From: Antedon mediterranea
Lineage: Eukaryota > Animalia > Echinodermata
DNA length: 64,000 bases
Assembly: GCF_964355755.1 (NCBI RefSeq)
Contig: NC_092677.1
Span: 10,190,101 to 10,254,100, forward strand
Direction of reading: 5' to 3'
Below, piece by piece: positions 22,237 to 37,200 of the stretch (positions are counted from its first letter, which is position 1; every line of letters begins with the position of its first letter). The notes under the pieces are model-generated. The model was not told where the DNA came from. It made no database searches and saw only the letters and a list, made by a program, of their open reading frames with translations. A program made the position numbers and the translations under genes.

Positions 22237-25200
22237 ATGGCAGATGAATTAAGTGTTCATATTCGTGGATCCGATCATTTTAATCCGATTAAATACCAGG
22301 GAATTAATAGGTAATTATTTGAAGTACTATTTAACTGAATAAAGTTGTGTAAAAAGAAAGATAAGGTTACCTAAATGTTCATTATATCTAGGCCTAACTA
22401 GGTAGGCCTAGGCCCAGTAAATTTACGAGAACGACGAAACTCGCACTGTGACCAGAACAGTCAGTGATGAGTCAAGTGCTCATGTGATAGATTATATAGG
22501 CCTAGCTAGACTAATGGATAAAGGCCTAGTCTTTATTTAGAGGAAGTAAGGCTACTAATGCTGCTATACAATAGGATATAGGCTAGGCCTAGACGGTGTA
22601 AGCCTAGGGCCTAGGCCTAGGCCCTAGCTACTAGGCCATGTAAATTACTAGCCTGGTCTATAATAATAATTAATCTAAACTAGGCCTAAGTAAGAATTAA
22701 GATTATAAAGTAGGCTAATTTTAATAAAAATATTTATTTTTTCTTAATTATTTATTATCCAAACAAAGGCTTAGAATATGCTTTGGTGTTTAATATGACA
22801 GGGTAAGTAGGCCTACACTTTAGTTAATTAGCGATGTGGCTAGAGGTCCAGTACCGCCACCAGGGGGCAGGGTAATACTAATCTTCGCCCGGTGGCGTTA
22901 TATGATGTAAAATGTTAAAAGTACATCTTATTCTTAACATTATATTTAATTGTACTTTTATACATTTTTAAATAAAAATACTGATTAGGTTTATTCTGAA
23001 ACTGAAGAACGCTCTTTGTGATAAGTGATGTTTTGTGGTGTTGAAGCTGACGATTGCGTTTAGAATGAAAGGTTTAGCAATAAAATTAAATAATTTTAAC
23101 TTGCTTTTGGAAATAAATATATTTAAATTACAGTAAATTTACCACTAGAGCATATTAATAACATGTACTTGATATCATATCATAACAACTTTACCGGGCG
23201 ATACCATGTCAGGTAATATACCTCTAGCCACAGTGTTAATGTAAGTATAGAGAATAATTGTTGAGTTATATGATAATTTGTATCCAGTCAATATAACCTA
23301 GTCTTGTTTTACCCATAACCATGTGTTCTTTACATAAAAGGGTTTAATTATTTGTTGGGTGTACAATTATGCACTTGTCAATTGTATGACCCACTATACG
23401 ACCCCCGGGAGAGGTGCGTCATGGGTGCGTCATTTACAAATAATTACTGACGCAGGGGTGCGTCAAAAAACCTAGATGGTACGTCACATCAATGGACAAG
23501 GTGTGTCAATGTCCGTCACTTTACCACCCACCATATCATAAACAACATGGTAACAGTGCGTCAAAATGGGTGCGTCATGGTCACCTAAGGTAAGTCACAT
23601 TTTTGACGCACGGGTGCGTCATGGTATTCAATGGTATGACGCACATCGGACAAATGACGCACCTCTCCCGGGGGTCGTATAGTGGGTCATACAATTGACA
23701 AGTGCATTACTAATAATCAGGGCTCGGAATTTACTTTTTTATCTATGAAGAAACCATTTCTAGTTGTAAAAATCTTATCTAGCAAAATGAACATCCCAAA
23801 CTAGCAACCAAGTAAGTTTGCTGGTGAATTAATTAATTCTTCAACATAATGAATTGCCAGGTCTATTGCTTGATTTGTTTAAAGCTCTATCCACACTATC
23901 AGACTAGTTTCACAAAATAAATGTGATGTGCCCAAATATGATAGTGATAGTGATATGCTTAAATATGGTAGTGATACAGTATGCTCAAATATGGTAGTGA
24001 TATGACATCATCATGTCCATATATGAGCACATAACATTTTTTTTGTCACAGAAAGTTTGATAAGTGTAGACAGAGCTTAAAAGTTGCAACCTGCTACTTT
24101 TGAAAATTGTAATCTAAATGGTGAAACATCTACTAGCAAATTGCTAGTTTGCTAGAGTGAATTTCAAGCCTTGATAGTACAGTCTATAATGCTTATTAAC
24201 ATACAAAGATAGATGTGCGCAAACCAATATTAACAGTTGTTAAAATCAAGTTATTTCTATTTCAGAATATAGTGTTTATGTAAATAACAACTTGCTAATT
24301 GTATTTAAGTGTTTAGTGCTTTCTAAATTGATATTTGTACTTATTATGTGAGAAATTATAATTTGTGCGCCATAAAATGTTTGGGCATCTATATGAAAAC
24401 TAATATTTAATGTACATATGTTCTGTTTGGGAGGAAAGTGTATGTTTTTTTATAAGAACATAATGTCCAGAATCCACATTTGAGTACTATATGTAGGCTT
24501 AAGAAATTTATTCCAGGACAGTTTTTAGAATTTATTTTCAAATTTGATTGAAACAGAACAATCCTAGTACTACGGTATGTGATGTACATTGAACTACCTA
24601 AGAATAGAGATTACGTACTTGAAACAACTAATACTAGAATTTTTCATTATCGTATCAACATTATTTATTTCCAGAAATTGATATTTATCACATGGTACGC
24701 AACAGAGTTTGTGATTTGAGGTATATCTTTGCATGAGTCATACAATTACGATCTTTTACTGTAGTATTCAGGGTCCTTCTTCAATTACTCTTCTTAAGCT
24801 CTGTCTGACAAAAATGTCAAATATGATAGTGATATGCCCAAATTTGGTAGTGATTGACATTCATCATGTCCATATGGGCACATTTTTTGTCACATAAAGT
24901 TTGATAGTGTAGACAGAGCTTTATTGATCTTTGTAGACATGCAAATGAAAAACAAAATTATAAATCAATTTTAATACAATAGTTCCTTACATTTTACACT
25001 GTTTTTAGTTATTTTCTTTTTATGAAGACTTGTTTTCTGCTACATAACGAATTACTCTTCTTTTTTTCTGTTTTTTTTTTCTAATTTAATCAATATTCTT
25101 CATTATGTATAATAATAGCTCTTTTGTAGCTTGTTCTGTAGCCAGGTGTACAGTATATACAGTACTCAGGTGTATATACAGTACTCCTGTGTAGAGTCTA

Positions 25201-28200
25201 CTACAGACATTTTATTTAAACACTATTAGCTACAGAGTATCACATCCTACAAGGTAGTAAGTGTACTGTAGTGTGTGACTGTGACATATACAAAGACTTC
25301 ATCAACACATTAAATTCAAAATGGCATATTGTGTTTCTTTTTTTTGCTAGCTATTTCAAACATTAAAAAACTTTTGGTAGTTTAGTGTGGAATGGTTCAA
25401 ACTAATAGAATACTTTGCAATAATTTAATTAGTCTAAAGTGATTTTTACCGGGATAAATGTTACTGAATTTCACACAAGAGTGACTATGTGATGTTCATG
25501 TTGGGTTTTAGAAAGAATCACTGACCTCTGACATGGTTTTCTCTCATGTGTAACTCACTGTTTATGTGTACTGTTTTAAATGTATCAAGTGGCTAACCAT
25601 AGGCTAATGTTGGTTTATCTAGATCAGCCATCACTCACCATGTGTAGCTGGTATTGTTTTCTAGAAAAGTAATACTCCATTAATGTTTTTAACTATAGTG
25701 AAATATCATTAAATTCGGTGTATGATGGCATGCTGTCATGTATTGGTCCTTTAATAGATTCTTTTTTTATTTTTTTTCATTTTTCACCTGTACATGTTTG
25801 ATGTAATATCTTAAGTTCTGTTTACACTATCATTATCAAACTTTATGTGACATAGAAATGTGATGTCCTATCACTACCACATCACAGTTTTGTCAAACTA
25901 GTTTGATAGTGTAAACAGAGCTTTAGTTGAGCTCATTTTGTTTTATTAATCAAGAATGGTATGGTACACAGTAATGAAGTAATGTAGTTAGATTCTGCAC
26001 TCATGCCTGTCTGAAATTGGGCTACTACTGTACTTAGTATGATTAGATGATGATAGATGCATGACACATCAGAATCCTTAATGTCTCCCTATCTTCCCAA
26101 GCCACTCAACACTACCCACTCTTGGCCTACACCATTCCTCCTCTCCATCACATGACTTTACACATTTGTTTTAATTTTTATTATATTCCTTGTGACGCGG
26201 CTCAAGATGTTAATTGAATAATCGCAAGACTCTTGTAATAATATGCTGGTAGGCAGCACACACTGTTCACTGTTTAACAACGATACTGTTTCACACACGT
26301 CTTCAACAGCCATATGATAGTCGTACAATATTTTAATGCACGCTGTGAATTATACTGCACTTTGTATTCAAGTAGCAGTTTTGATGTCTTAAAACCGTAA
26401 CTGTTTTTTAAAGGATTTATTTCATTTTGATAATAATAATTTCATTATCAAGGAAGTAAGTTTAAAGGAATTTTAATCATTTAGTGTTTTTAAATTATGG
26501 TTGGTTCCCACTTTATTTCATTTCATTTCACATGGTATACCGCACACATTATGCACTGTACCACGATATGGTTGTTTTTGGTTGGTTTTTTAGTCCTTAG
26601 CCATACACCTTCTATTTCCAGAGCACCAAAGGTTTGGGTTACTATATTTACAAGACCTAAAAAACTGTTATTGTTTAAGGCTAAGATATTTCTGAAGTTT
26701 CTAGTAGGGTATTACAACACATGGGTTGGACATGATACTATGTGATGGTTTCATTTGGAATTCAATGGAATTTTTAAATATTACAGTAGTAGGATAGATA
26801 AACACTTAGTATTTTCCATTAATTAAAAAAGGGAAATAATTGAAAGGTGAGTCTTTAGTTCATGTTTTATTGATCATAGAAATGGGAATAGTTTTTCAAT
26901 AAAAGCAAGTTAGAGGATGTACTGTAGTAAAATGTATTGAATTCCAATTTTGGGATTTTGTGATAGATATGCATGAAGGTTGGTTGGATATTGGGAAAAG
27001 TCTTTACCCCTGGTATTGCCAATGAATTTATTCAAATTTAAAAGATATTAAAGGACGACAAAGATAAAAATGGAAAAGTCTTGTGAAGTATATGTTGAGG
27101 AGAGTCAAGATGCTGAAGTGCAAATTGGCGATCTTGACGACTTGGATCAGTAAGTAATGTTGCAATCTCAACAAAAAAACTTTTTTATTGTGAAAAAATT
27201 ACCTGTGTTCTATGGTATGTGTTTGTGTACAGAAAACTTTAAACCATTAAAGTACAGTGTTTACACTTTCTGACAATTTGTGAATATTGACCATTCTACT
27301 TTAAAATATAAACATATTTTTATGCCGATTTACCTCCAAATTTACATTTAGGTTCTAATTATCTTCATAAATGTGGTTTTAAAAATTTTAATTAACCATA
27401 GACATTTATTTAAATGGCTGCAGTTGGTCTATTTATAACATTAGACTTAATACTGCAAGGTAATTTTCTATAATTCATGAATATTTATGAAGAAAAAAAA
27501 AATTGATTTGTAAATTTGCATAATAAATAGTACTAAAATATTGTTGAGTCTAGTCGACTTCCATACTTTAAACTTTGACCTTAACTGAGGCTGCTCAACA
27601 ACAGAATAATCTCATTCAATTTACTCAAGATAAATGTCATAATTTTGATTTTAAATCATTGTATTAATATCAGTATTGTTTAGTTTACAGTTCAAATTCT
27701 AGAAATATAGTACGTCGGTGGATGTATTAATATAAAGTGGGTGGTTACATCTGCTCTTAATTGGGTCTCTTGCAAGGATTTTATATTTACGACGACGTTT
27801 CCTACATAATTGTACTCATTATGTGTGTCTTTGATTTATACTTTATAAGTAACAACCTCCTGCTCATTTGGAAATTACCGATTAAAAGAGGAAGTCGTTG
27901 ATATGTTTAGCATTCTGTCTTGTTTTTCAATGGACGTTACAGTCGCATAGCAAGCTGCTCAGTTCAATACTGTAGTTGTCTTTTTTTTCATTAGACGCAA
28001 GATATATATATATATATATATGTTTTAAAGCTTGATTGTACTTTATGTTGCTGGAATTTTTATTTTTGTGGAAATATTGATATTGGTAGGTTGAAGTATT
28101 ATTATATAATATTTGACATAGCTACAGGTAGATAATCTATGTGTATTTAATGATTTTAAGTTAGTCAAATTTGACATTAACTTTAAAATGGTAAGGGGTT

Positions 28201-31200
28201 TTGTTAATATGACAGTAAATAAATATAAACGTTTTGTCTGTGCTAGAAGATTTGTCCACCTGTAAATAATTTATTAAATTAAAGGGTCAGTGTATTAATA
28301 TTAATCCAATTCAAAGTTACAATCTGTAAAAAAATGACTGCCTCTTGACAGAATATTAAGAAAACCACTGTTTTATTTTTTTAAATGATAAAATATGTAG
28401 ATTTTCAAACAGATTGTAGAATCCTGTTGTAATGCAAAACATGTTTCTCTGTTGTTTTTGCAACATCACTACAGTATTTTAGTATTTTTAGCTAAAATTA
28501 TATTAGATTCAACATAATTGTAGTGAAAATAAAATTGTCCAATTATTTAATCTCTAAATATATATTTTTCTTTTTATTCTAATTTTAACAAAATGTTGTT
28601 TTGCCCTTTGACCTTTCCCACCACCCACATATTCATCATGAGCTTTGCAATAAAAGTCCGCAAAATATTGACTAACGTCACAGAAGAATGACAACCATAC
28701 TCATCACATGTTATATCATAAAAAATATCCCCTTAAATTTTATTTCATCGGTCATGTGATCCCATTTTGTGGATTTTTGTTGTTAATTTTGTCTATGATC
28801 CCAGAACTTAGCAACAGCATGAATTACTGTATATTAATATTTTTTAGTATTCATTATTGATTTCTATGAATATGATTTTTATATTCAAATATTACATTTA
28901 AGTATAAAAATTTATTATATTTATTTATATTTTTAAATGTTAATATTTTTGTATTGTATTATGTACCTGAGTACGGAGTTTTTTCTTAATATTAGTAAAA
29001 ATATAAACATTTTTGCACATATGGCGTTTCATACGTGTATTACTTGAGAAAAATCGCGGTCGAAATAAAAACAAATAAATTATAAAAAAAAAACAATACA
29101 GACTTGGGGCAAGTCTACTGAGTATGTTATGTGCTCTCCTCTGGTCAAGGTGGGCACTGAATAGAAGAAGCCCTTGATCAGTGATAGGACCAATCAAGGT
29201 GCTTTAAACAGTCCTGGCTTAGTTTCATCCATCATTCAGTGAGGGCGTGTGGCGCAGTGTGTTGGACGTTGGACTACCGATCGTCAGACCTAGGTTCGAA
29301 TCCAACTCTCGCCGCATTGCTTGTATCCGTAGGCAAGATACTTTACTTACGTTGCCTCTCTCCATCCAGGTGTATAAATGGGTACCCAGTTAGATCTAGA
29401 CACAACTTTGCGCTGGTTACCGGCTGCATTATGGGAGTATGTTTCCATACGTGTTTGATCCCAAAAAATACTGGGGTAGTAATCCTTGTAAAGCGCCTTT
29501 GAGCATGATTACTCATGAAAAGGGCGCTATATAAATGTGGTATTATTATTATTATTATTCAGATAATAATGTAAAACTAATTAACATTGTCGTTTGCGAC
29601 AGACGTCAGCCATAATACTAATAATTGATATAATGATTGATTATGATCAAAATCATTATTTTGATTTCAGTCAGTAAGATACAACTTTGATTATGAATAA
29701 ATGGACCACATTTTATTATCATCAATATTATTATTATATATTATTAATATTAATTATACTCAATCAGTATGATCATATTATAACCATTAATATTTGAACC
29801 ACTAAATTCAAAATTATTATTTTCATGATTTAAATCTTAAACATCAAAATCAGTTTCATCATCATAATCAATTGAATAATGTATATTCAAATATGTTTGC
29901 AAATAGAATAGAATTGTAGTGTTTATTTTTATTAACATTATATTATGTGGTGGTTTTTTAATCTAGATTTTACAGTGGCAGGAAAAACAGAATACTAACC
30001 AAATTATATTTTAACCATGTTTATTAAATAATAAAAAATATTAACTTCCAACTATACAATAAAGCCCCTCCTTTAGAACAGCTCTATTCAGGTTACACCC
30101 TAGATAACAAATAGGTGTCCTCTTTAGGGTATCCTCCTTTGGAACAGCTCTATTCAGGTTACACCCTAGATAACAAATAGGTGTCCTCTTTACGGTATCC
30201 CTCCTTTGGAACAGCTCTATTCAGGTTACACTCTAGATAACAAATAGGTGTCCTCTTACGGTATCCCTCCTTTCGAACAGCTCTATTCAGGTTACACCCT
30301 AGATAACAAATAGGTGTCCTCTTTACGGTATCCCTCTTTTGGAACAGCTCTATTCAGGTTACACCCTAGATAACAAATAGGTGTCCTCTTTATGGTATCC
30401 CTCCTTTGGAACAGCTCTATTCAGGTTACACCCTAGATAACAAATAGGTGTCCTCTTTACAGTATCACTCCTTTGGAACAGCTCTATTCAGGTTACACCC
30501 TAGATAACAAATAGGTGTCCTCCTTGCGGTATCACCACTGTACTAAAACACAAGAAACAGTTATAAAATGTGTTCCAAATATAATTTTCATTTTTCAAAA
30601 TAATTCTTAAAATTTGCCAAAAGTCTTTTGTTTATCATCATGATTAAAATAAAACAATGATTATAGAAATATGCTATAATGAATATATTTTAATTTTCAT
30701 AGATTGATTTCTGACGATTCCCCGCAAGACGAAGTTCCTCTTATGATGCACGAGGACGGATTTGAAAGCGAGAATGACAGTTTGACACGAAAGGGTGTTA
30801 AGAAGCAAGGATGCTTGTCCCGCTTACTATGTTGCTCATGGGAGTGTTGTTTCTGGTAAATTTATAAACTCAACTCTCTCAAAAATGGATTACCTGAATA
30901 CAAAAAAAAAAGTCTATTTCATGCCTGGATAAACCGACAAATGCAATATTCTCCTCCAGAGAAAAAAAAAGTAGAAAATTCAGTGAACTCCCCTCTTATA
31001 AATGGTACAGTCCACAACCCCCCCCCCCCCCCCTTTATTTCTGGTTCGTGTAATTTTCTGTATGGCATCCCAATGGTTCTAAATTTGTTGTTTTCAAACC
31101 AGGCTTTCTAAACAAAAGGCACAAGGAAGTGTCAGTAGAACCTTAACAAAAACATGTTTAACAACTATTCTTTCATCTGGAAAATACATCTTTATAAGTT

Positions 31201-34200
31201 AAATTTTGACCTTATTAATTTACTAAATGTTGTATTCTATACATGTTTTTAGTTGCTGTATATCAATAAAGAATTGTTTGACAAGAAGTAAGGAATTGCA
31301 GCCAAGGACGGTTTGGCTTGGACACAAAGGACCTCATGAAGAGAAATATCCCCCAAATAAAATTCGCAATCAAAAATATAATATAATTACATTTTTACCT
31401 TTGGTAAGTAACATTTTCTCTTTTACAGATAAAGCCTTGTCTACACTATCAAACTTCATGTGACAAAAAATGTGTTGTGCCCATATTTGGGCATATCACT
31501 ACCATATTTGGGCATACCACTACCAAGGTAGAGCTTTCACTCACAAACAAACAAATTTACAATAAAAGAATATTATGTTACTTTCCACAGTTGCCTGGGC
31601 TTAAATTGTGCTGCTTTTTGATAATAAATTACATAACTTAAATACTAGATTCATCAATATCTTTCTATGTCATACAAAAATTAGGATTTAACAATCACTG
31701 GTTTGATTTTAAACTTTTGACATTGCCTATCTATTGATTTTGGAATGATGAATATTTATCCATCAACCAATATTAATAATATTGATCTAAACTGAAGAGA
31801 ATCAATACCATAACATGTGGTCTGATGCAGGGCTATACCATTGTCACGTTTGTCGGTCTGTTAATCCCATTGGTGGAGCACTTTAGATTCTGTTTTAGTT
31901 GCAATAACTTTTTTTTATGATTATTTTGCCTAAAAATATAAAAAATGATGCATTTGAAAATAAATTCATTGGTTTTTTTTTCAATTTCAAATATTTTTTA
32001 ATTATTGCAATTTTTGTATGCAAATTGGATACAAATATTTAATAATCTTGATCTTTATTTATTTTCTTCATTTTTTAGGTATTATTCAATCAATTTAAGT
32101 ATTTCCTGAATTTTTACTTCCTTCTTGTTGCTTTATCACAATTTGTACCATCACTTCGGATTGGTTATTTATACACATATTGGGCTCCACTGGTAAGTAT
32201 CCACCAATCAAAATCATTGTTATATAATTATTATTACAAAATGTATCATCATCATCATTAAACATAATTTTGTTTATTGTGTTTTTACATAGTTAGGTAA
32301 ATATAAATTAGTTGGACACCAGAAAGAAATTGCTTGCAGTAATCCAACCCTTTTCTGCTACTAATTAAAGAAATTTTTTTGATACTGTATATACAGTATA
32401 GTTATTTAATTAGGCCTATGTATATAATTTAAAATACTTTTTATATATATTTTTTATATTATGATTTAAACTTAGCTTTGGAATCTTGATATATTATATT
32501 TTAAGATGGTATAATCATTGCTTGTGAAACTGGGTGAGTGGGGAACACAGGCTTTAAAAGTCATAGTGATTAGGTTCGCTTTTGTGTCCAATGCCAGCTC
32601 ACTCAGTTGGTTCTATTTTTTTTTTTGTATGTCGTGTTCTTCATGTATTTTATATTTGGCAATAAAAGAATAAAAGGAATAAGAATATATATATCGGAAT
32701 TAAAAGACCAGTAATACCAAATTTGGAACCCTTTTCAGTAAAAACCAGAAATGTTTGATACAATATTAATGTATTTTACAATCAAACCATATTTCTTTTT
32801 GTAGGGTTTTGTAATATTTGTAACTGTATGTCGGGAAGCATTAGATGATTTACGTAGGTTTCGGCGAGATAAAGAAGTCAACTCGCAAAAATACAAGAAA
32901 TTGACACGGAAGGGTGTAGTAGAAGTACCGAGCTCCGAGATTCAAGTGTCGGATTTAATATATGTCGAAAAGGTAAGATGAGTTGCAACCACAAACACAT
33001 TTTTTATTTTAATTAACCCAATAAAAGCCCAGGACGTTTATTCAAATAAATACTTATATATTTAAATATTTAGATTTTTCATTAACAAAAATTTACCTGC
33101 ATTTTCAAATATGTGATTCATCTTGTCATCCTCTTTCTCGTAATCTAATTTTCTTACATTTTTGTTTCAGAATCAAAGAGTTCCTGCTGATATGATATTT
33201 ATGAGAACAACAGAGAAAAATGGTAAATAAGAGTACCTCAGAAATCTATTGCACATTTTGACCAGTGAGAGTAATATTAAACAGTGCAATATATACTGTA
33301 GATAAATTTACAAAATGGAAAATTCTATATCTGTAATATTGATGGATGATGGATCATTTTATTTCAGAATAAAAATTCCATATATACAACAAACAATACA
33401 CAAAGGAAAATCACACTAAAATAGAATTTTCTAACATTTACTGAAGAAATTTGAATATCCTAACAAGATAATTTTCACTATTCAAAACTCTTATTCTAAA
33501 ATCATAGACTCACTTGCGGACATGCTCGTAAAAAGAGGGAATTCTCCTCATATATCCATCTTATAATGCTTTATAAAAAAAGTTTTAAATCCCCAATCGT
33601 CTGAATTTATTTGAAAGGTTCATGTTTTATAAGAACTGATCAACTTGACGGTGAGACAGACTGGAAATTGAGGCTAGCTGTCAGTCAATGTCAAGCATTA
33701 CCAAAAGATGAGGTAAGAACACCATATTGTGTGAGGTTGTTTTGAGAAACCTATCTTTGCAATCTGTCTAAAGCTGTGTTTACACTACTAGTTTGACAAA
33801 AAATATGATAGTGGTATGACATCATCATGTCCATGTATGGGCACATCATATGCTTTTGTAACATAAAGTTTGATAGTGGAGACAGACCTTTGAAATATTT
33901 ACTGTAAACGTAACATTTACATTGAGCAGAGTGCTGCCTTCCTCTGAGCCTACTAAAAAGAGTGAAAGAGATCTATATTCAAAGATAGAAAGGATAATTT
34001 GTATTTGTATATTTATTATAATTCCATGCTGTAAACATGCTTTTTTCTTGTAGGATATGTTCGATATAGAAGCACATGTGTTTGCAGAGAAACCGCAGAA
34101 AGCAATTCATAATTTTGTGGGTACCTTTACTCGGTCTGATGGTATGACACAACAGGACCCGCTTGCAATAGAGAATACATTGTGGGCCAATACTGTAGTT

Positions 34201-37200
34201 GCATCAGGTAAATTTGGGTGTTTGTTTGGGTGTAGGGAGGTGGCAGGGGAGGGGTCAGTTATTTTGATTGTCTAGAAAAAACTTAACCTTTTTATCACAA
34301 GTAGCAAATTAAGGCAACAGAAAACAAACTTGAAATACATCAAAACCATGGATTGTTCAAATCTTTCTATTGCATTTCCCTCTTTTTTTTTAGGTACAGC
34401 CCTTGGGTTGGTCGTTTACACAGGCAGAGAATCCAGAGCCGTTATGAACACGTCCTACCCACATTCCAAGATAGGCTTACTCGACGAGGAACTCAATAAC
34501 CAAACTAAAGTGCTTTTTATTGGAACATTGGTTTTATCTATAGTAATGATTGCATTAAAGGTGAATATTCAACTAATGTTTGTATGCTAGTTGGACAAAA
34601 AAAGTGTAATGTGCCCAAATATGGTAGTGATATACCCAAATATGGTAGTGATATACCCAAATATGGTAGTGATATGACATCATCATGTCCATATATGGGC
34701 ACATCACATTTTGTTGTCACATAAAGTTTGATAGTGTAGATTAAGATTATTATTCTTACAAGCCAATGTTGAAACATTAACATGTCAATTGTTACTGTGC
34801 AAACTGTGACCAAACAATGTTAAGTGACAGATTCCATTCCATCCAGAAGGTGGACTCTAATTGTGGATACGTGTACATGTTTAGCTTGGAGCTCTCTGCT
34901 CTCTCACTTATTTCAATACGGTTTCTTCCCCTTTTTTAACAGATCTTAAAAGTTCTATTATATATTTTAAAAGAGATTTGGCTTGTTTTCATATCCTCTT
35001 ATACCATTATTTAATAAATTTCAGGGATTTGACGGCCCATGGTATCGTTATTTCTTCCGCTACGTTCTCCTGTTCTCTTCCATCATTCCGCTCAGTCTGC
35101 GAGTGAATCTCGATATGGGTAAAATTGTTTACTCGCTGTTGATTCAACGTGACACAGACATACCAGACACGGTGGTGAGGACGACGACAATTCCGGAGGA
35201 ACTTGGGCGCGTGTCTTACTTGCTCAGTGATAAGACGGGAACCCTTACAGAAAATACAATGGTAAGTTTAGGTTCTTCGGTAGTTGTGGTTTGTGTGTCT
35301 AATTCAATTATAGTACAACCTCTCCTTTGGGACACACCTATTCATGGACACCACTGCCACTTTCTCGTAAAACAAACACGAGGGATTATATGTCCCGGTT
35401 TTCAGGGGACACCATTACACTTTGTCGAGTCCCCACTATAGGAGGTTCTACTACTGTAGTTAGCATGGATGAATTGAAATAAACAAATATTTAATTTAAT
35501 ACTAAAAAAAAAAATAAGTTATTTTTTAAAGAGTTAATAGAGTATAAATATGAATTTATTATTTAATTTATTTATTATTATCTTTAATGAGGGTGGCCTA
35601 TCCAGTTCCAGTGAAGGAATTGATCATTAAGGGCCCTCAAAAAACATACAAATACCAACATAAAATATTCAGAACAAGCTAAGTATATAAATCTGTACAT
35701 TAAAATTTAAAATTGTTTTAATGGTAGATGGATAAAAAGAAAAAAAATTATCTAGCAAAAAATGATTTGAGTTGACGTTTAAAACAGTTGAATACATTTT
35801 TATAAATCTTTTTTAGATATTTAAGAAACTTCACCTTGGTACAGTAGCCTTCGGTCAAGAGTCAATGGACGAAATGAGTGCGCATCTACTAACAGCGTTT
35901 TCACAAACAAAACATGGCACATCAACGCCCGGCGCTACTCCTGCTAGAAAGTCAACCACGAGACGCACCGTTGTGACCAGATGCTACGAAGCGGTCAAAG
36001 CAATCGCACTGTGCCATAACGTGACACCGGTCTATGAAGATGATGATGTTGAGATGTCGGAGACTGTGGAAGCTGACCGCGATCAAAATGTTAATGTTGT
36101 ATACCAAGCTTCTAGTCCAGATGAGGTATGTGGTCAGTCGTACAATTTCTACAATGACTATAAATAAGCCTACCCTTAAAGCTCTGTCTACACTATCAAA
36201 CTTTATGTAAAAAAAAAAGGGATGTGCTCATATATGGGCACGATGATCATATCACTACCATATTTGGGCATATCACTACCAAATTAGGGCACATCACACA
36301 TTTTTTGTCAAACTAGTTTGATAGTGTAGACAGAACTTAAAGGAGAAGAAAGAGCATGTTATTGAATATGTAATCCACCAACTAGTGCAATTTAAATCTC
36401 AAATATATATTTTTCAAAACACATTTTGTTATTTTTTCTCTTTTTAAACTATCACAAAGCAATATTTTTATCAGTAACTTTTCATCAATTTATCTAGGTT
36501 GCTCTTGTCTCGTGGACTGAGAGCGTGGGTTTGGCTCTAGTGAAACGTGACCTGACCACGATGCAGTTGCGTACTCCACAAGGGGAACTGATTCTATACA
36601 CAATTCTCCAAATCTTCCCATTCACATCCGAGAGTAAACGAATGGGAATTATTGTTAGAGTAAACATTTCTTGAACATTTTGTAGATAATTGTTAAGATA
36701 TGATATTTTTGTAATTTAATAATAAAAATTTAGTCTTTTTAGTGTTTACACTTGCATTTTTGTTCCAAATTTTCTTTTTAGGAAGAGAAGACAGGAAGTA
36801 TTTTATTTTATATGAAAGGTGCAGATACAGTAATGGCTTCTGTTGTACAGTATAATGATTGGTTGGAAGAGGAGGTGAGTGAGTTTGTCGAAAAATTATG
36901 TTATAAAGCTGAAAATAAGGTTGTGTCCACACTGTAGGAAAAGATTATATTTTGACAAGACGTGTGTACTTATTCTAGTCTAGTCACCATACTGTAGATA
37001 GCACATACTATCATTATGCTGAAAAATACACTTGTGTCCACACTAAGGATGTGATTATATGTTCCAAGACCTTTGTACTTCTACTGGTTTGGTAATAATG
37101 TGAATCGCTTTGAGGCATGTGTATGTGCATTATTATTGTTATATGCTGAAAATAAGCTTGTGTCCACACTGTAGGATAGAATTACAAGACTTTTGTTCTT

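Noticed and set aside
29240-29316. tRNA gene
   Set aside because: A and B boxes are present but run directly into a SINE body and tail with a target duplication.
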